From positions 2,671,668-2,735,667 of the forward strand of contig NZ_CP072943.1 of the NCBI RefSeq assembly GCF_018069705.1: a stretch of 64,000 nt of DNA, given 5' to 3'. The position numbers were made by a program, and so were the translations under genes. The notes under the pieces are model-generated. The model saw only the letters and a list, made by a program, of their open reading frames with translations, did not search any database and was not told the DNA's origin. Shown here piece by piece: positions 49,101-57,663 of this stretch. The DNA is from Aminithiophilus ramosus (lineage in GTDB: Bacteria > Synergistota > Synergistia > Synergistales > Aminithiophilaceae). Numbering within the stretch: the first letter of the stretch is position 1; every line of letters begins with the position of its first letter.

Positions 49101-49143
49101 CCTCTACGTCCTCTTCTTCCGCATCAAGGAGGAGAATGCCTGA
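46105..49143 (+). CDS. Efflux RND transporter permease (AcrB/HAE1 family)
   Basis: A 1012-aa protein with 12 TM helices and large periplasmic loops; AcrB family. Confidence 0.85.
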   Translation: MNIASFAIRKKTVTLFLTVLMVVGGILAYGRLGKLEDPEFTIKTAVVVTTYPGATPREVEEEVTDAVETAVQQLGQVKRVRSISQEGMSTVYVDIKDTYTAQDLPQIWDELRRKVNDGQRNLPPGAGPSLVNDDYGAVYGVYFALTGEGYSLEELRRTADFLRKELLLVDGVARVEIGGIQKEGVFVEIARATLAQLGIPLNQIVQSLQAQNLVVSTGKVDVGAERLRIDPTGAFTSVEQIGGLLLRGSTGNLIRLDDIAVISREPVTPSQSLMRFDGRPAIGLGVANVAGGNVITMGEAVKKRLAELEGQIPLGMDLGLIYYQSDTVQASIDNFVVNLIEAVVIVIALLLVFMGLRTGLLIGVILLLTILATFVAMKTMAIDLQSISLGALIIALGMLVDNAIVVADGMLVRIETGQDGEQAAAAVVSQTQLPLLGATFIAILAFAPIGLSPDSTGEFCRSLFLVVAISLSLSWILAVTVTPLLGVMTLRSSPAMEGKDPYGGRLYDLYRSVLLFCLRRRAATVAVTMGLLALAFFGFGRVPQTFFPDSSSPQFSMDFWWPQGTRIEETSDQIRRVETFLLEQPETESVTTFVGQGALRFILNYTPGDPGSNYAQIIVKTRDAAFTRPLMEKVRTAAQRDLPDVEPRIKAFAKGTSSGAKVQVRLVGSDNDVLRRLGEEARGLMIADGRTVNIRNDWENRVKVIRPVIDEARARQAGLSRPDIAGALELAFGGTRSGLYREGDRLIPIIARFPAAERDNVETLPDTPVWSPLVGRYIALSQVTERLATVAEDPVIRRRDRMKTLTVECDAGDGDANALLERLRPRVEGLSLPQGYRMEWGGEYESSRDAQKGLMGMIPLGFLAIVVILVVLFNGLRETGLILLCLPLSLIGMTAGLLLMGQPFSFMALLGFLSLAGMLIKNAIVLLDQFNLEIGQGKPPFQAIVDSSVSRTRPVLMAALTTVLGMIPLYFDALFASMAVTIMFGLSFATVLTLLVVPVLYVLFFRIKEENA

Positions 49144-49320
49144 ACGAAAGACCTCTTTCCCTGTGCCCGGTCGGCCCCGTCTCGTCCGCAAGTGATATAT
49201 TAGATCGCCTCGGAGCGGATCGAAAAGAAGAGATTCTTCTCGAAAAACCTTCGGCCAGAGGAAGGCGAAAGAGCCACAACCCCCTCGACGAGGCCGAAAA
49301 GGAGCCGGTCGGGCGGGCGG

Positions 49321-49395
49321 GACGCCTCGGTCCGACGGAGAAAGGGCGATTGTGAGAGCTCCCGACGGGACCGGGATCGGCCGGAGGCGTCTTTT
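49321..49395 (+). terminator. Nested GC-rich hairpin (GACGCCTC...GAGGCGTC) followed by TTTTTGT; possible terminator of the RND operon
   Basis: Seen in sequence; the large loop makes the assignment uncertain. Confidence 0.3.
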
Positions 49396-49417
49396 TGTCC
49401 GATAGGACGATAACCCC

Positions 49418-49446
49418 TTGACCTTTTTCCCCCCTTGCCCTATATT
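49418..49446 (+). promoter_or_regulatory. Sigma-70 promoter of the GRE gene (TTGACC-17-TATATT)
   Basis: Near-consensus -35 and -10 boxes with a 17-nt spacer, about 130 nt upstream of the GRE start. Confidence 0.55.
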
Positions 49447-49454
49447 GTAGATAC

Positions 49455-49464
49455 ATCACATACT
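49455..49464 (+). promoter_or_regulatory. Shared 10-mer ATCACATACT, 8 nt downstream of the -10 box; candidate operator
   Basis: The identical 10-mer occurs at the identical offset from the -10 box in the GntR/activase promoter at 59144..59153. Confidence 0.45.
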
Positions 49465-49578
49465 AAACAGAACTTGGAGAGCTTTCTTTCTCTTCTTCTC
49501 GGTCCTGCGGCGCTCCAGGCGGGACCGGCTCTCCGAAGCCCCGCGGCAACGGTCTTTTTTTATCGCCAAGATTGGGGG

Positions 49579-51948
49579 ATGACGGACATGAACGAACGCG
49601 TCAGAAGGTTGAGAAGAAAGAGTTTCGAGGCCCAGCCCCGCATCTCCGTCGAGAGGGCTCTTATCGAGACGGAGTTCTACCGCGAGAATTACGGCAAATA
49701 CCCTCTCCCCGTGCTGAGAGGCCTCAATTTCAAGAACCTCTGCGAGAAGCAGACCCTCTACATCGGAGAGGACGAGCTCATCGTCGCCGAGCGGGGACCG
49801 GCTCCCAAGACGGTCTCGACCTTTCCCGAGCTGACCTGTCATTCCGCCGAAGACCTTCAGATCCTCAACTCGCGCGAGATGGCCCGCTACCTCGTCGACG
49901 AAGCCGACATCAAAGCCTACGAGGAGAAGGTCATCCCCTACTGGCGGGGCCGGAGCATGCGGGACCGGGCCTTCGCCCACATCCCCCAGGAGTGGAAGGA
50001 CCTCTACGAGGCCGGCGTCTTCACCGAGTTCATGGAGCAGCGCGCTCCGGGCCACACCACCCTGGACGGCAAGATCTACCAGAAGGGCATGCTCGACTTC
50101 AAGGCCGACATCGAGAAGTCCCGAGCCGCCCTGGACTGGCACAACGACCCCGAGGCCACGGCCAAGGACGAGGAGCTTCAGGGCATGGCCCACTCCTGCG
50201 ACGCCATCATGATCTTCGCCCGCCGCCATGCCGAGCTGGCCGAGAAGATGGCCGCCGAGGAGAGCGACCCCGTCCGCAGGGCCGAGCTGGAGCGGATCGC
50301 CGCCAACTGCCGCTGGGTTCCCGCCCATGCCCCCCGCGACTTCTGGGAGGCCATCCAGATGTACTGGTTCGTCCACCTCGGAACGATCATGGAGCTCAAC
50401 GGCTGGGACGCCATGAACCCGGGCCATTTCGACCAGCACCTGACCCCCTTCTACGAGAGGGGCATCGCCGACGGCACTCTGGACCGGGAGAAGGCCAAGG
50501 AGCTCCTCTCCTGCTTCTGGATCAAGGTCAACAACCAGACGGCCCCTCCCAAGGTGGGCGTCACGGCCAAGGAGAGCGGGACCTACAACGACTTCACCAA
50601 CATCAACCTGGCCGGGCTGAAGCGAGACGGCTCCGACGGCAGCAGCGAGGTGACCTACCTCATCCTCGAGGTGGGCGACGAGCTTCATCTCCTTCAGCCC
50701 CAGTTCAACGTCCAGGTGAGCCGCAAGACGCCCGACCGGGTCCTCAAGGCCGCGGCCAAGGTGATCCGCAAGGGTTACGGCTACCCCTCGATCTTCAACG
50801 CCGACGAGGTCGTCATGGAGCAGGTCCTCAAGGGCAAGACCGTCGAGGACGCCCGCGAGGGCGGCACAAGCGGCTGCATCGAGACGGGCTGCTTCGGCAA
50901 GGAGGCCTACATCCTCACGGGCTACCTCAACGTTCCCAAGATCTTCGAGCTGACCCTCAACGACGGCGTCGATCCTCTGACGGGCAAGCGGATCGCCCCC
51001 GCCACGGGCGACGCGACGGCCTTCAAGAGCTTCGAGGAGCTCTACGAGGCCTTCGAAAAACAGCTCAAGTACGCCGTCGACTGGAAACTGCGCGTCAACA
51101 ACTTCCTCGAGCAGATGTACGCCACCTATGCCCCGGCCACCTTCCTCTCCGTCGTCATGAGCGACTGCATCGAGAAGGGTCGGGACTACTACAACGGCGG
51201 CCCCCGGTACAACACCAACTACATCCAGTGCTGCGGCATCGGCACCGTCACCGACAGTCTCTCCGTCATCAAGAAACACATCTTCGAGGAGCAGAGCCTC
51301 ACCATGGAGAAGCTCCTCGAGGTCCTGGCCAAGGACTTCGAGGGCGAAGAGGCCCTTCGCCAGAAGTTCATGAACAAGACGCCCTTCTTCGGCAATGACG
51401 ACGACTACGCCGACTCCCTGGCCAAGCGGGTCTGGAACAGCCTGACGGGCGAGATCAACGGCAGGCCCAACACGAAGGGCTCCCGCTACTACATGGACGG
51501 CCTCTCGACGACGTGCCACGTCTACTTCGGCAAGATGCTGGGGGCCACGCCCAACGGCCGCCTCGCCCATCTGCCCGAATCGGACGGGACGTCGCCCTCG
51601 CACGGCGCCGACCGCAAGGGCCCCACGGCCGTCGTCAAGTCCCTGGGCAAGCTGGACCAGGTCAACTCGGGCGGAACCCTTCTCAATCAGCGCTTCCTGC
51701 CCCAGGTCCTGGCCGACGACACGGGCCTCGACAACCTCGTCCACCTCGTCCGGACCTACTTCAGCCTCGACGGCCATCACATCCAGTTCAACATCGTCGA
51801 CACGGCCACCCTCGAGAGGGCCCAGGCCGATCCCGACAGCTACAGGGATCTGCTGGTCCGCGTCGCCGGCTACAGCGACTACTTCGTCGACCTCGACATC
51901 TTCCACCAGAACGAGATCATCAGCCGCACCGCCCAGGAGAGCTTCTAG
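49579..51948 (+). CDS. Glycyl radical enzyme (PFL2 / glycerol-dehydratase-type, single active-site Cys); substrate unknown
   Basis: The C-terminal glycyl-radical motif RVAGYSDYF, the Cys loop GGTSGCIETG, and a roughly 790-aa size. The start could instead be the ATG at 49588. Confidence 0.85.
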   Translation: MTDMNERVRRLRRKSFEAQPRISVERALIETEFYRENYGKYPLPVLRGLNFKNLCEKQTLYIGEDELIVAERGPAPKTVSTFPELTCHSAEDLQILNSREMARYLVDEADIKAYEEKVIPYWRGRSMRDRAFAHIPQEWKDLYEAGVFTEFMEQRAPGHTTLDGKIYQKGMLDFKADIEKSRAALDWHNDPEATAKDEELQGMAHSCDAIMIFARRHAELAEKMAAEESDPVRRAELERIAANCRWVPAHAPRDFWEAIQMYWFVHLGTIMELNGWDAMNPGHFDQHLTPFYERGIADGTLDREKAKELLSCFWIKVNNQTAPPKVGVTAKESGTYNDFTNINLAGLKRDGSDGSSEVTYLILEVGDELHLLQPQFNVQVSRKTPDRVLKAAAKVIRKGYGYPSIFNADEVVMEQVLKGKTVEDAREGGTSGCIETGCFGKEAYILTGYLNVPKIFELTLNDGVDPLTGKRIAPATGDATAFKSFEELYEAFEKQLKYAVDWKLRVNNFLEQMYATYAPATFLSVVMSDCIEKGRDYYNGGPRYNTNYIQCCGIGTVTDSLSVIKKHIFEEQSLTMEKLLEVLAKDFEGEEALRQKFMNKTPFFGNDDDYADSLAKRVWNSLTGEINGRPNTKGSRYYMDGLSTTCHVYFGKMLGATPNGRLAHLPESDGTSPSHGADRKGPTAVVKSLGKLDQVNSGGTLLNQRFLPQVLADDTGLDNLVHLVRTYFSLDGHHIQFNIVDTATLERAQADPDSYRDLLVRVAGYSDYFVDLDIFHQNEIISRTAQESF

Positions 51949-51954
51949 CTCCCG

Positions 51955-52020
51955 CGGTCGCGACGAAGACAAGGGGGGGGGAGGGCCCGCACTCCGGGCC
52001 CTCCCCCCCTTGTCGCGGCT
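51955..52020. terminator. Bidirectional terminator hairpin between the GRE (+) and dctP (-) genes
   Basis: CGCGACGAAGACAAGGGGGGGGGAGGGCCCG-cact-CCGGGCCCTCCCCCCCTTGTCGCG (the stem has one bulge). Confidence 0.5.
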
Positions 52021-52026
52021 GTGACC

Positions 52027-52100
52027 TTACTTGCCGGGAGCCATGTTGACGCGGAACTCGTCCATGAGCTCCTTGGTCATGTTCTTCTCGAGGGCCTGCC
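52027..52100. repeat. Near-identical about 70-bp 3'-end segment shared by the two dctP paralogs (second copy at 57664..57740)
   Basis: TTACTTGCCGGGAGCCATGTTGACGCGGAACTCGTCCAT.AG.TCCTTGGTCATGTTCTTCTCGAG is present at both loci, indicating a dispersed gene duplication. Confidence 0.7.
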
Positions 52101-53040
52101 AGGTGGTGGCGCAGGCCTCGGCGAGAGGCGTCAGCTCCTCCTGGGTGTAGGTGTGGACCTCGATGCCGTAGTCGCGCATCATCTGCATGTACTTGGCGTC
52201 GACCTCTTCGGCCATCTCGATGCTCTTGGCGGCGCCGCGGCTGACGGCGTCCTGGAGGATCTTCTGGTCCTCGGGCTTCATGGAGGCCCAGGTCTTGCCG
52301 CTGATCATGATGTTGAGGCACTCCAGGGAGTAGTTGGTCATGTACCAGTGCTTGAGCACGTCGCGGAGGGCCGTATAGGCGGCGGCGACGGGGTAGCCGT
52401 TGACGCCCTCGCAGACGCCGGTCTGCATGGCCTGGTAGACGTCGGCGTAGGGGATCGTCACGGTCCGGTAGCCCATGGCCTCGGCGGCCAGCTTGTAGAC
52501 ATCCATGTTGGGGACGCGGACGAGGACCTCCTTGGCGACGGCGGGATTGAGGGGATCGACGGCGGGCTTCGTCGTTCCCGTGCCGATCATCCCCTCGATG
52601 AAGAAGCCGAGGAGGTTGACGCCGAGACGGCTGATCAGCTCGTCCATCTTGCCGAAGAGCCAGCCGTCGGGGGCGAAGACGCGCTTGGCGTCATCGTAGC
52701 CGCGGACGAAGCCGTTGACGTAGACCAGCTCGAGACGGGGGTCGAACTGGCTGGGAACGGAGATGCACCCCATCTCGATCGTTCCCCTGATGAGCTCCTC
52801 GAAGACCAGCGTGTAGTCGCCGAGCTGGTTGGCCGGATAGACCTTGAGTTCGATGCGGCCGTTCGACTTCTCGGCCACCTCGGCGGCGATCTGGTTCATG
52901 ACGGCCGTGGCGGGATGGTCGGCCGGATTCTGACCGGCGAACTTGAAGCTGTATTCGGGAGCGGCGAAAGCGGAACTGACCATGAAGACGACGAGAGCGA
53001 GAAGAAGCGGCACCACCTGAAAGGCTTTCCTCAACACCAT
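52027..53040 (-). CDS. dctP: TRAP transporter substrate-binding protein (DctP family), paralog 1
   Basis: Signal peptide and DctP fold. An AAGGAGG SD. About 80% identical to the gene at 57664..58683. Confidence 0.8.
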   Translation of the reverse strand: MVLRKAFQVVPLLLALVVFMVSSAFAAPEYSFKFAGQNPADHPATAVMNQIAAEVAEKSNGRIELKVYPANQLGDYTLVFEELIRGTIEMGCISVPSQFDPRLELVYVNGFVRGYDDAKRVFAPDGWLFGKMDELISRLGVNLLGFFIEGMIGTGTTKPAVDPLNPAVAKEVLVRVPNMDVYKLAAEAMGYRTVTIPYADVYQAMQTGVCEGVNGYPVAAAYTALRDVLKHWYMTNYSLECLNIMISGKTWASMKPEDQKILQDAVSRGAAKSIEMAEEVDAKYMQMMRDYGIEVHTYTQEELTPLAEACATTWQALEKNMTKELMDEFRVNMAPGK

Positions 53041-53536
53041 TCCCCTCCTTGTCAAAACCCCAAGAACCCCCTGGGCCTCCCTGACGGAACGCCCCACCCC
53101 ATACTCCTTTTTCTTCATTGTGTCCATGACAGGCCTGTCTATTGTATGGTACCACAACAAGTATATTCTGGACAGAGTCTTTTTTGGATTAAAAATTAAG
53201 GAACATGACGTTCCCGATGGGGTGGAGAATTATGAAAGGCTTCTCTTTCGTCGAGAGGGGACAACCGCTTGGGGCCTCCGACGGGAGGCCCCAAGGAGGG
53301 GACTGGCAGGGAACTGCGAAGGCGAGTCCACAGGCAAAAGGGATGCCCCGACCCGACAGGGAAACGGCAGAAGGGCCGGGACGTCGCCTTGGACCGGCAC
53401 CGACGGGACGATTGAGGCGGACCTCAAAGCGGGGTGCGACGGAACGTGCCCTGACCCGTCCGCGGGGCCGGGCCGCAAGCGGCGGGAGGCGTTCAGGTAC
53501 CGGGAGGCATCGAGCCCGACGGACCGTCGAGGTCCT

Positions 53537-54223
53537 TCAGGAGCCTTCCACGGAGGGAGCCTCTCCTCGGATGAAGCGGATATCGCCGTAGAGGGTGTAG
53601 CGGCTCTTGCCCGTCTCCTTGACGAGACGGGGAATGGCCTCCTTGAGGCGGAAGAATCCCTTTCCGTCGAGCCAGCGGACCAGATCGATCCGCTCCTCGC
53701 GGGAGAGGAAGCGCAGCGGCTTCCCGCGAAGGCGACGGGCCTCGGCCAGCAGATCGCCGAGCCGGTCGCCGCGAAGACCGACGAAACGCTCGATCTCGCC
53801 TCCCGCGGAGACAGGGGGCGTCAGCGTCGTGAGGAACTCGGCCATATCGCGGATGACGACGGCCCGCGTCGTATCGTAGTTGAGACAGAGGAGGCCGACG
53901 AGACAGCCCCTCTCGTCGCGGACGAGAGCCACCGAGGAGCGCAGGGTCCGGCCGTCGTCGGCCTCGGAGGCGTAGTTGGCCAGATAGTCCAGCTCGCCGC
54001 GTCGTTCCCGTTCCATGAGCTTAAGACCGAAATCGGTGATGGGCGTCTCCATGTCGCGGCCCGTCACGTCGCCGTGCTCCATGGCCACGGTGACGGGTTC
54101 TTCCCCCGAGACGTCGTGGAGGACGATCTCATAATCCCTCCCCAGAGTGGCCCCCAACATCTTGACGACGGGCAGGAGGGGGAGGAGAAGGGGGTGGCAG
54201 GGCCGGCCCGACAGCTCGGTCAT
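53537..54223 (-). CDS. YheO-like transcriptional regulator (PAS-like N-terminal domain plus C-terminal HTH)
   Basis: The architecture and length match YheO-family regulators, which are commonly adjacent to amino-acid-metabolism genes. Confidence 0.6.
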   Translation of the reverse strand: MTELSGRPCHPLLLPLLPVVKMLGATLGRDYEIVLHDVSGEEPVTVAMEHGDVTGRDMETPITDFGLKLMERERRGELDYLANYASEADDGRTLRSSVALVRDERGCLVGLLCLNYDTTRAVVIRDMAEFLTTLTPPVSAGGEIERFVGLRGDRLGDLLAEARRLRGKPLRFLSREERIDLVRWLDGKGFFRLKEAIPRLVKETGKSRYTLYGDIRFIRGEAPSVEGS

Positions 54224-54227
54224 CCCC

Positions 54228-55217
54228 TCAGAGGGAGATCCGGCTGCCGACGCCTGCGGCCTCGGCCTTGGCGACGATCTCGTAGGCCGTGACGACGTCG
54301 AGCGTCGCGAAGCCCACCGTCTTCATGACGGTGATCTCCTCGTCGTTCCGGCGCCCGTCGATCTCGCCGAGAAGGAGCTGGCCCAGTTCGCCGGCGATGA
54401 TCTCCTCGCCGAAGCGCCCCTCCCTGATGGGCGTCATGAGATCGCCCGCCTCGGCCAGGACGGCCTCGCGGTTGTCGACGTAGACCCGGCCGGCCCGCTC
54501 CAGAACTTCGGGAGGAAGCTCCTCCATGGCCGGGGTGTAGGCGCCGATGCCGTTGATGTGAGCGCCGGGTTTCACCCGCCCGCCGTCGAAGACGGGCCTG
54601 GCCGACGTCGTCACGGCCGTGATGACGTCGGCTCCGTCGACGGCCTCGTCGGAGGACCGGGCGGCGACGAGGCGGGTTCCGAAACGCCCGGCCAGAGAGG
54701 CATTGGCCTCGACGAAGGCCCGCACCCGCTCCGAAGCGACGTCGAAGACCCGGACCTCCTTCAGATTCCGGACCGTCAGAATCGCCTCGAGCTGCGCCGG
54801 AGCCTGACCGCCGGTGCCGAAAAGGGCCCCGACGGAGCTCTCGGGACGGGAGAGAAGCTCCGTCGCCGCCCCCGCGATGGCCGCCGTCCGCATCTGCGTC
54901 AGCGTCGTCCCCTCGATGAGGGCGGCGACCTCCCCCGTCTCGCCGTCGAGGAGGATCACCGTGGCGGGAACGACGGGAATCCCCCTGGCCCCGTTGCCGG
55001 GGAAGACGGAGACGATCTTGATCCCCGCCCTCTCGATCCCTCCGGCGTAGGCGGGCATGAAAAGGTACTGCCCCCTCCCCTCGGCGGCGTCGAAGTTGAT
55101 TCTCAGAGGAACGCGGCACTTCCCCTGAGAATGGAGAATGAAGGCTCTCTTGTCGGCCTCGATGGCGTCCCTCATGGAAAAGACGGACAGGATCTCGCTG
55201 CGGGACAGAATCAGCAT
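54228..55217 (-). CDS. Ornithine cyclodeaminase / mu-crystallin family enzyme (OCD, ketimine or Pyr2C reductase, or lysine cyclodeaminase-like)
   Basis: OCD-family Rossmann motif (GALFGTGGQA) and a length of 329 aa. An AGGAGG SD precedes the ATG at 55217. Confidence 0.75.
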   Translation of the reverse strand: MLILSRSEILSVFSMRDAIEADKRAFILHSQGKCRVPLRINFDAAEGRGQYLFMPAYAGGIERAGIKIVSVFPGNGARGIPVVPATVILLDGETGEVAALIEGTTLTQMRTAAIAGAATELLSRPESSVGALFGTGGQAPAQLEAILTVRNLKEVRVFDVASERVRAFVEANASLAGRFGTRLVAARSSDEAVDGADVITAVTTSARPVFDGGRVKPGAHINGIGAYTPAMEELPPEVLERAGRVYVDNREAVLAEAGDLMTPIREGRFGEEIIAGELGQLLLGEIDGRRNDEEITVMKTVGFATLDVVTAYEIVAKAEAAGVGSRISL

Positions 55218-55392
55218 GGATCTTCCTCCTTTCGTGACTCCACGGCGGCCCGAAGAACCGCCACAGCCATTTTCGGGTAAATACACACTTTTGTCAATAA
55301 TCAACAATAGGTGATTTTCCCCGAAAAAGAGAGGGCCGCCGAAGAAGAAGCGACCCTCGAAGAACCCCGGCATCTCCCGTCCGAGGACGAAG

Positions 55393-55632
55393 TCAGTCCG
55401 CGCCGCGGCGGAAGAGGAACGAAAGGAGAGGACGGAGGCGCCGCCGCAGCGTCTCGGCGTAGAGCGGATCGGGCCACTGCTTCTTCATGGCCGTCCGGGA
55501 AAAGGCGCCGCAGACCATGCAGCCCCAGAAGGCCCTGGCGGAACCGAAGCGGAGGCCGGCCAGCAGGAAGATAAAGCAGAGGCCGGCGAAGAGGTTCCGG
55601 TAGAAGGTGGGGCGGCGCCGCTCCTCGCTCAC
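55393..55632 (-). CDS. Hypothetical 79-aa membrane protein, possibly translationally coupled to dctM
   Basis: A GTG start 4 nt after the dctM stop. GC3 is very high (about 90%) in this frame, and there is one predicted TM helix (FAGLCFIFLLAGL). No SD. Confidence 0.35.
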   Translation of the reverse strand: MSEERRRPTFYRNLFAGLCFIFLLAGLRFGSARAFWGCMVCGAFSRTAMKKQWPDPLYAETLRRRLRPLLSFLFRRGAD

Positions 55633-55636
55633 GCCG

Positions 55637-56953
55637 CTACCAGGGCGTCCCCAGGATGACGTGGGGCAGGAAGAGGACGACCTTGGGGATGTAGGCCGTG
55701 ACGAGAAGGACCGGGAGCCAGCAGAGCAGCATGAACCAGAGGGCCGGCTTCATGATCTCGTTGATGGGGGCGTTGTTCAGCCGCCCTCCCAGATAGAGGA
55801 CGGGCGCCGCCGGAGGCGTGATGCAGCCCAGCCCCGTGTTGACGCCGACGATGGCGGCGTAGTGGATGGGGTTGAAGCCCAGCTCGAGGATGATGGGCAT
55901 CAGGATCGGCGTCGTCAGGACGACGACGCTGATGTCGTCCATGAGCATGCCCATGATGACGAGGAAGACGTTGATCATGAAGAGGATGACCCAACGGTTC
56001 TCCGAGACCGATTTGAGAAGGACGAACATCCGTCCCGGAAGGTCCTCCAGGAGGTAGAGACGGCTCAGCATGGCGACGGAGAAGAGCATGGCCATGATGA
56101 CGCCCGTCGTGACGGCCGATTCGGCGACGACCTCCAGAAGGTCTTTGACCTTGAGCCCCTTGTAGACGAACATCCCGACGGGAATGGAGTAGAGGACGGC
56201 AACGGCCGAGGCCTCCGTCGTCGTCATGACGCCGCCGTAGATGCCGCCGAGGACGATGACGGGCAGCATCAAGGCCGGGATGGCCAGACGCCCCCGCTCC
56301 TTGAAGAGGCGCCACTTCTCCTCGCGGGTCCGGTTGTGGGCCACCAGGACCTGTTCGTTGTTGCGCAGGAGCCACATGTTGACGACGCAGATGAGGATCG
56401 TCGTCACGATGCCGGGGCCGACGGTGGAGAGGAAGCAGGCCAGGACGGGCTGGCCGCTGATCCAGGCGAAGATGATCAGCGTGGCGTTGGGCGGGATGAG
56501 GAGGCCCAGAAGGGAGGCGTTGGACATGAGGGCCGCCGAGTGCCCCCGGGGATAGCCCCCCTCGCGGAGACGGGGGAACATGATGGAGCCGATGCAGGAG
56601 AGGGTGGCGCAGGCCGCGCCCGAGATGGAGCCGAAGACGGCGCAGGAGATGGTTCCCACGACGCCGAGGCCGCCGCGGAGATGGCCGACGAAGACGTCGA
56701 CGAAGTCGATGAGCTTCTCGCCGATGCGGCCCCTCTCCATGATGCCTCCGGCCATGATGAAGAGGGCGATGGCGATGAGGGAGACGGAGTTCATCTGCGT
56801 GAAGGCGTAGGGAAGGAGCTGACTGGCCGTATAGCCCGCCCCGTCGGGACCGCCGAAGAAGATGAGCCAGCCCGCCGAGGCCATGAAGCTCACGGGGACG
56901 GGAACGCCGACGACGAGACAGAAGAGAAGGATGAGGATGGCGATGTAAATCAT
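55637..56953 (-). CDS. dctM: TRAP transporter large permease (DctM)
   Basis: A 438-aa polytopic membrane protein of the DctM family. Its start overlaps the dctQ stop (ATGA). Confidence 0.85.
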   Translation of the reverse strand: MIYIAILILLFCLVVGVPVPVSFMASAGWLIFFGGPDGAGYTASQLLPYAFTQMNSVSLIAIALFIMAGGIMERGRIGEKLIDFVDVFVGHLRGGLGVVGTISCAVFGSISGAACATLSCIGSIMFPRLREGGYPRGHSAALMSNASLLGLLIPPNATLIIFAWISGQPVLACFLSTVGPGIVTTILICVVNMWLLRNNEQVLVAHNRTREEKWRLFKERGRLAIPALMLPVIVLGGIYGGVMTTTEASAVAVLYSIPVGMFVYKGLKVKDLLEVVAESAVTTGVIMAMLFSVAMLSRLYLLEDLPGRMFVLLKSVSENRWVILFMINVFLVIMGMLMDDISVVVLTTPILMPIILELGFNPIHYAAIVGVNTGLGCITPPAAPVLYLGGRLNNAPINEIMKPALWFMLLCWLPVLLVTAYIPKVVLFLPHVILGTPW

Positions 56954-57477
56954 GGTTTCCCTCCGAGGAAAAGGACCTTCGCGCTGACGAAAAGCTCGAC
57001 GGCGAAGTAGTAGAGCATGAAGATGAAGCCCAGGAAGATGCCCAGGTAGGACGTCCAGAGGGGGATGCGCCAGATCGTCGTCATGGGGATGGCGACGCGC
57101 GTCCCCAGGGGGCCCATGAAGCCGAACATGAAGAAGTCGTAGCCGTACCAGACGTAGAGGGCCGTGACGGAGACGGTGATGAGGCACTTGAGGAAGACGA
57201 GGAACCGCTTAAGGAACCCCTCGGGCACGTAGGCGTTGACCAGGTCGGCCGAGACGTGCGTCCCGTTGTAGGCGCCTATGGCGGCGCCGGAGAAATAAAG
57301 CCAGAAGGCGATGAGCTTGACCCACTCCTCGTAACCGTAGAGGTCTCCGTGAAGAACGTAACGGACGAAGGTCGCCGCGCTGATCAGGACGGTCAGAGCG
57401 AAGGCGGAGACCACTGCGATGGAAGAGAAGGAACCGATGACGACCTTGTCGAAAAGATTCTTCTTCGGTCCTCCCAT
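56950..57477 (-). CDS. dctQ: TRAP transporter small permease (DctQ)
   Basis: Four TM helices and DctQ size. The start is placed at MGGPKKNLFDKV; alternative upstream starts exist at 57537 and 57555. Confidence 0.7.
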   Translation of the reverse strand: MGGPKKNLFDKVVIGSFSSIAVVSAFALTVLISAATFVRYVLHGDLYGYEEWVKLIAFWLYFSGAAIGAYNGTHVSADLVNAYVPEGFLKRFLVFLKCLITVSVTALYVWYGYDFFMFGFMGPLGTRVAIPMTTIWRIPLWTSYLGIFLGFIFMLYYFAVELFVSAKVLFLGGKP

Positions 57478-57663
57478 TCCACTGCCTGATTCACAAATCG
57501 TATTCTCGGACACGAAATTTCCCCCTCCCCGTGGCATTATCAAATCTGTGTTCATTGTACAACGTGATATCCCCGTTGGCGATAGGCCATAGAGAGAAAA
57601 AGAGCGACGAAAAGCGTCCCGGAAGGCTTGCGGTCTTCCGGGACGCCGGAACGCCTTTTACGT

